From NCBI GenBank assembly GCA_031367385.1, contig JANLPS010000287.1, positions 1 through 24,862 of the forward strand: a stretch of DNA of 24,862 bases. Direction: 5' to 3'. The translations under genes and the position numbers were made by a program. Position 1 is the first letter of the stretch. Each line of letters starts with the position of its first letter. This document shows positions 24,794-24,862 of the stretch, piece after piece. The DNA is from Archangium sp. (lineage in GTDB: Bacteria > Myxococcota > Myxococcia > Myxococcales > Myxococcaceae). The notes beneath the pieces are model-generated. The model made no database searches. It saw nothing but the letters and a program-made list of their open reading frames with translations, and had not been told where the DNA came from.

Positions 24794-24862
24794 GTCAACC
24801 GACCGTTACCCTGGGCCGCAAAGGCGTCGAACGATGGAAGGCCGGCCACCCGTGGATCTACC
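24790..24862 (+). CDS. N-terminus of a probable RlmI-type (PUA-domain) rRNA methyltransferase, truncated by the window edge
   Basis: GTG at 24790 overlaps the MBL stop (GTGA) and translates MSQPTVTLGRKGVERWKAGHPWIY; GHPWIY is typical of the RlmI PUA N-terminus. Only 24 codons are visible. Confidence 0.7.
   Translation, partial: MSQPTVTLGRKGVERWKAGHPWIY

Noticed and set aside
1..24862. Anti-phage defence island, prophage, or tRNA/rRNA genes
   Set aside because: No recognisable defence, phage or structural RNA signatures; intergenic spaces are short and mostly explained. A covariance-model search was not possible, so small RNAs cannot be excluded.

Overview
High-GC bacterial DNA whose gene content and protein style point to Myxococcales (inference from myxobacterial-type short signal peptides, DAG low-complexity linkers, a HEAT/HAMP pair and a sigma54-linked PilZ gene). 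The window opens with an ISKra4-family insertion sequence whose minus-strand transposase (471+ codons, running off the left edge) is absent from the supplied ORF track. The rest is a dense run of housekeeping and accessory genes: a DEDDh exonuclease fused to an apparently degenerate DinG-like region, HAMP and HEAT proteins, an MltB-like transglycosylase, a nitrilase, three RlmI/RlmK-type methyltransferases (one partial at the right edge, also missing from the ORF track), an M16 peptidase pair with an ArsC/Spx-family gene, SRPBCC, a DUF2089/DUF4097 pair, a CrtU-like desaturase, modABC with a cytochrome c, PilZ, tyrS, an SGNH hydrolase, a Ca-binding protein and an MBL hydrolase. I found no CRISPR array, RNA gene or unmistakable new multi-gene system. 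The best leads are (i) a tandem AT-rich palindromic operator between the DUF2089 operon and crtU, (ii) the exonuclease/dead-helicase fusion behind a PafBC-like promoter motif, (iii) a Bacteroidota-like TyrRS with GVGN in place of HIGH, and (iv) two different REP-like elements. All family calls come from motif recognition, not database searches.
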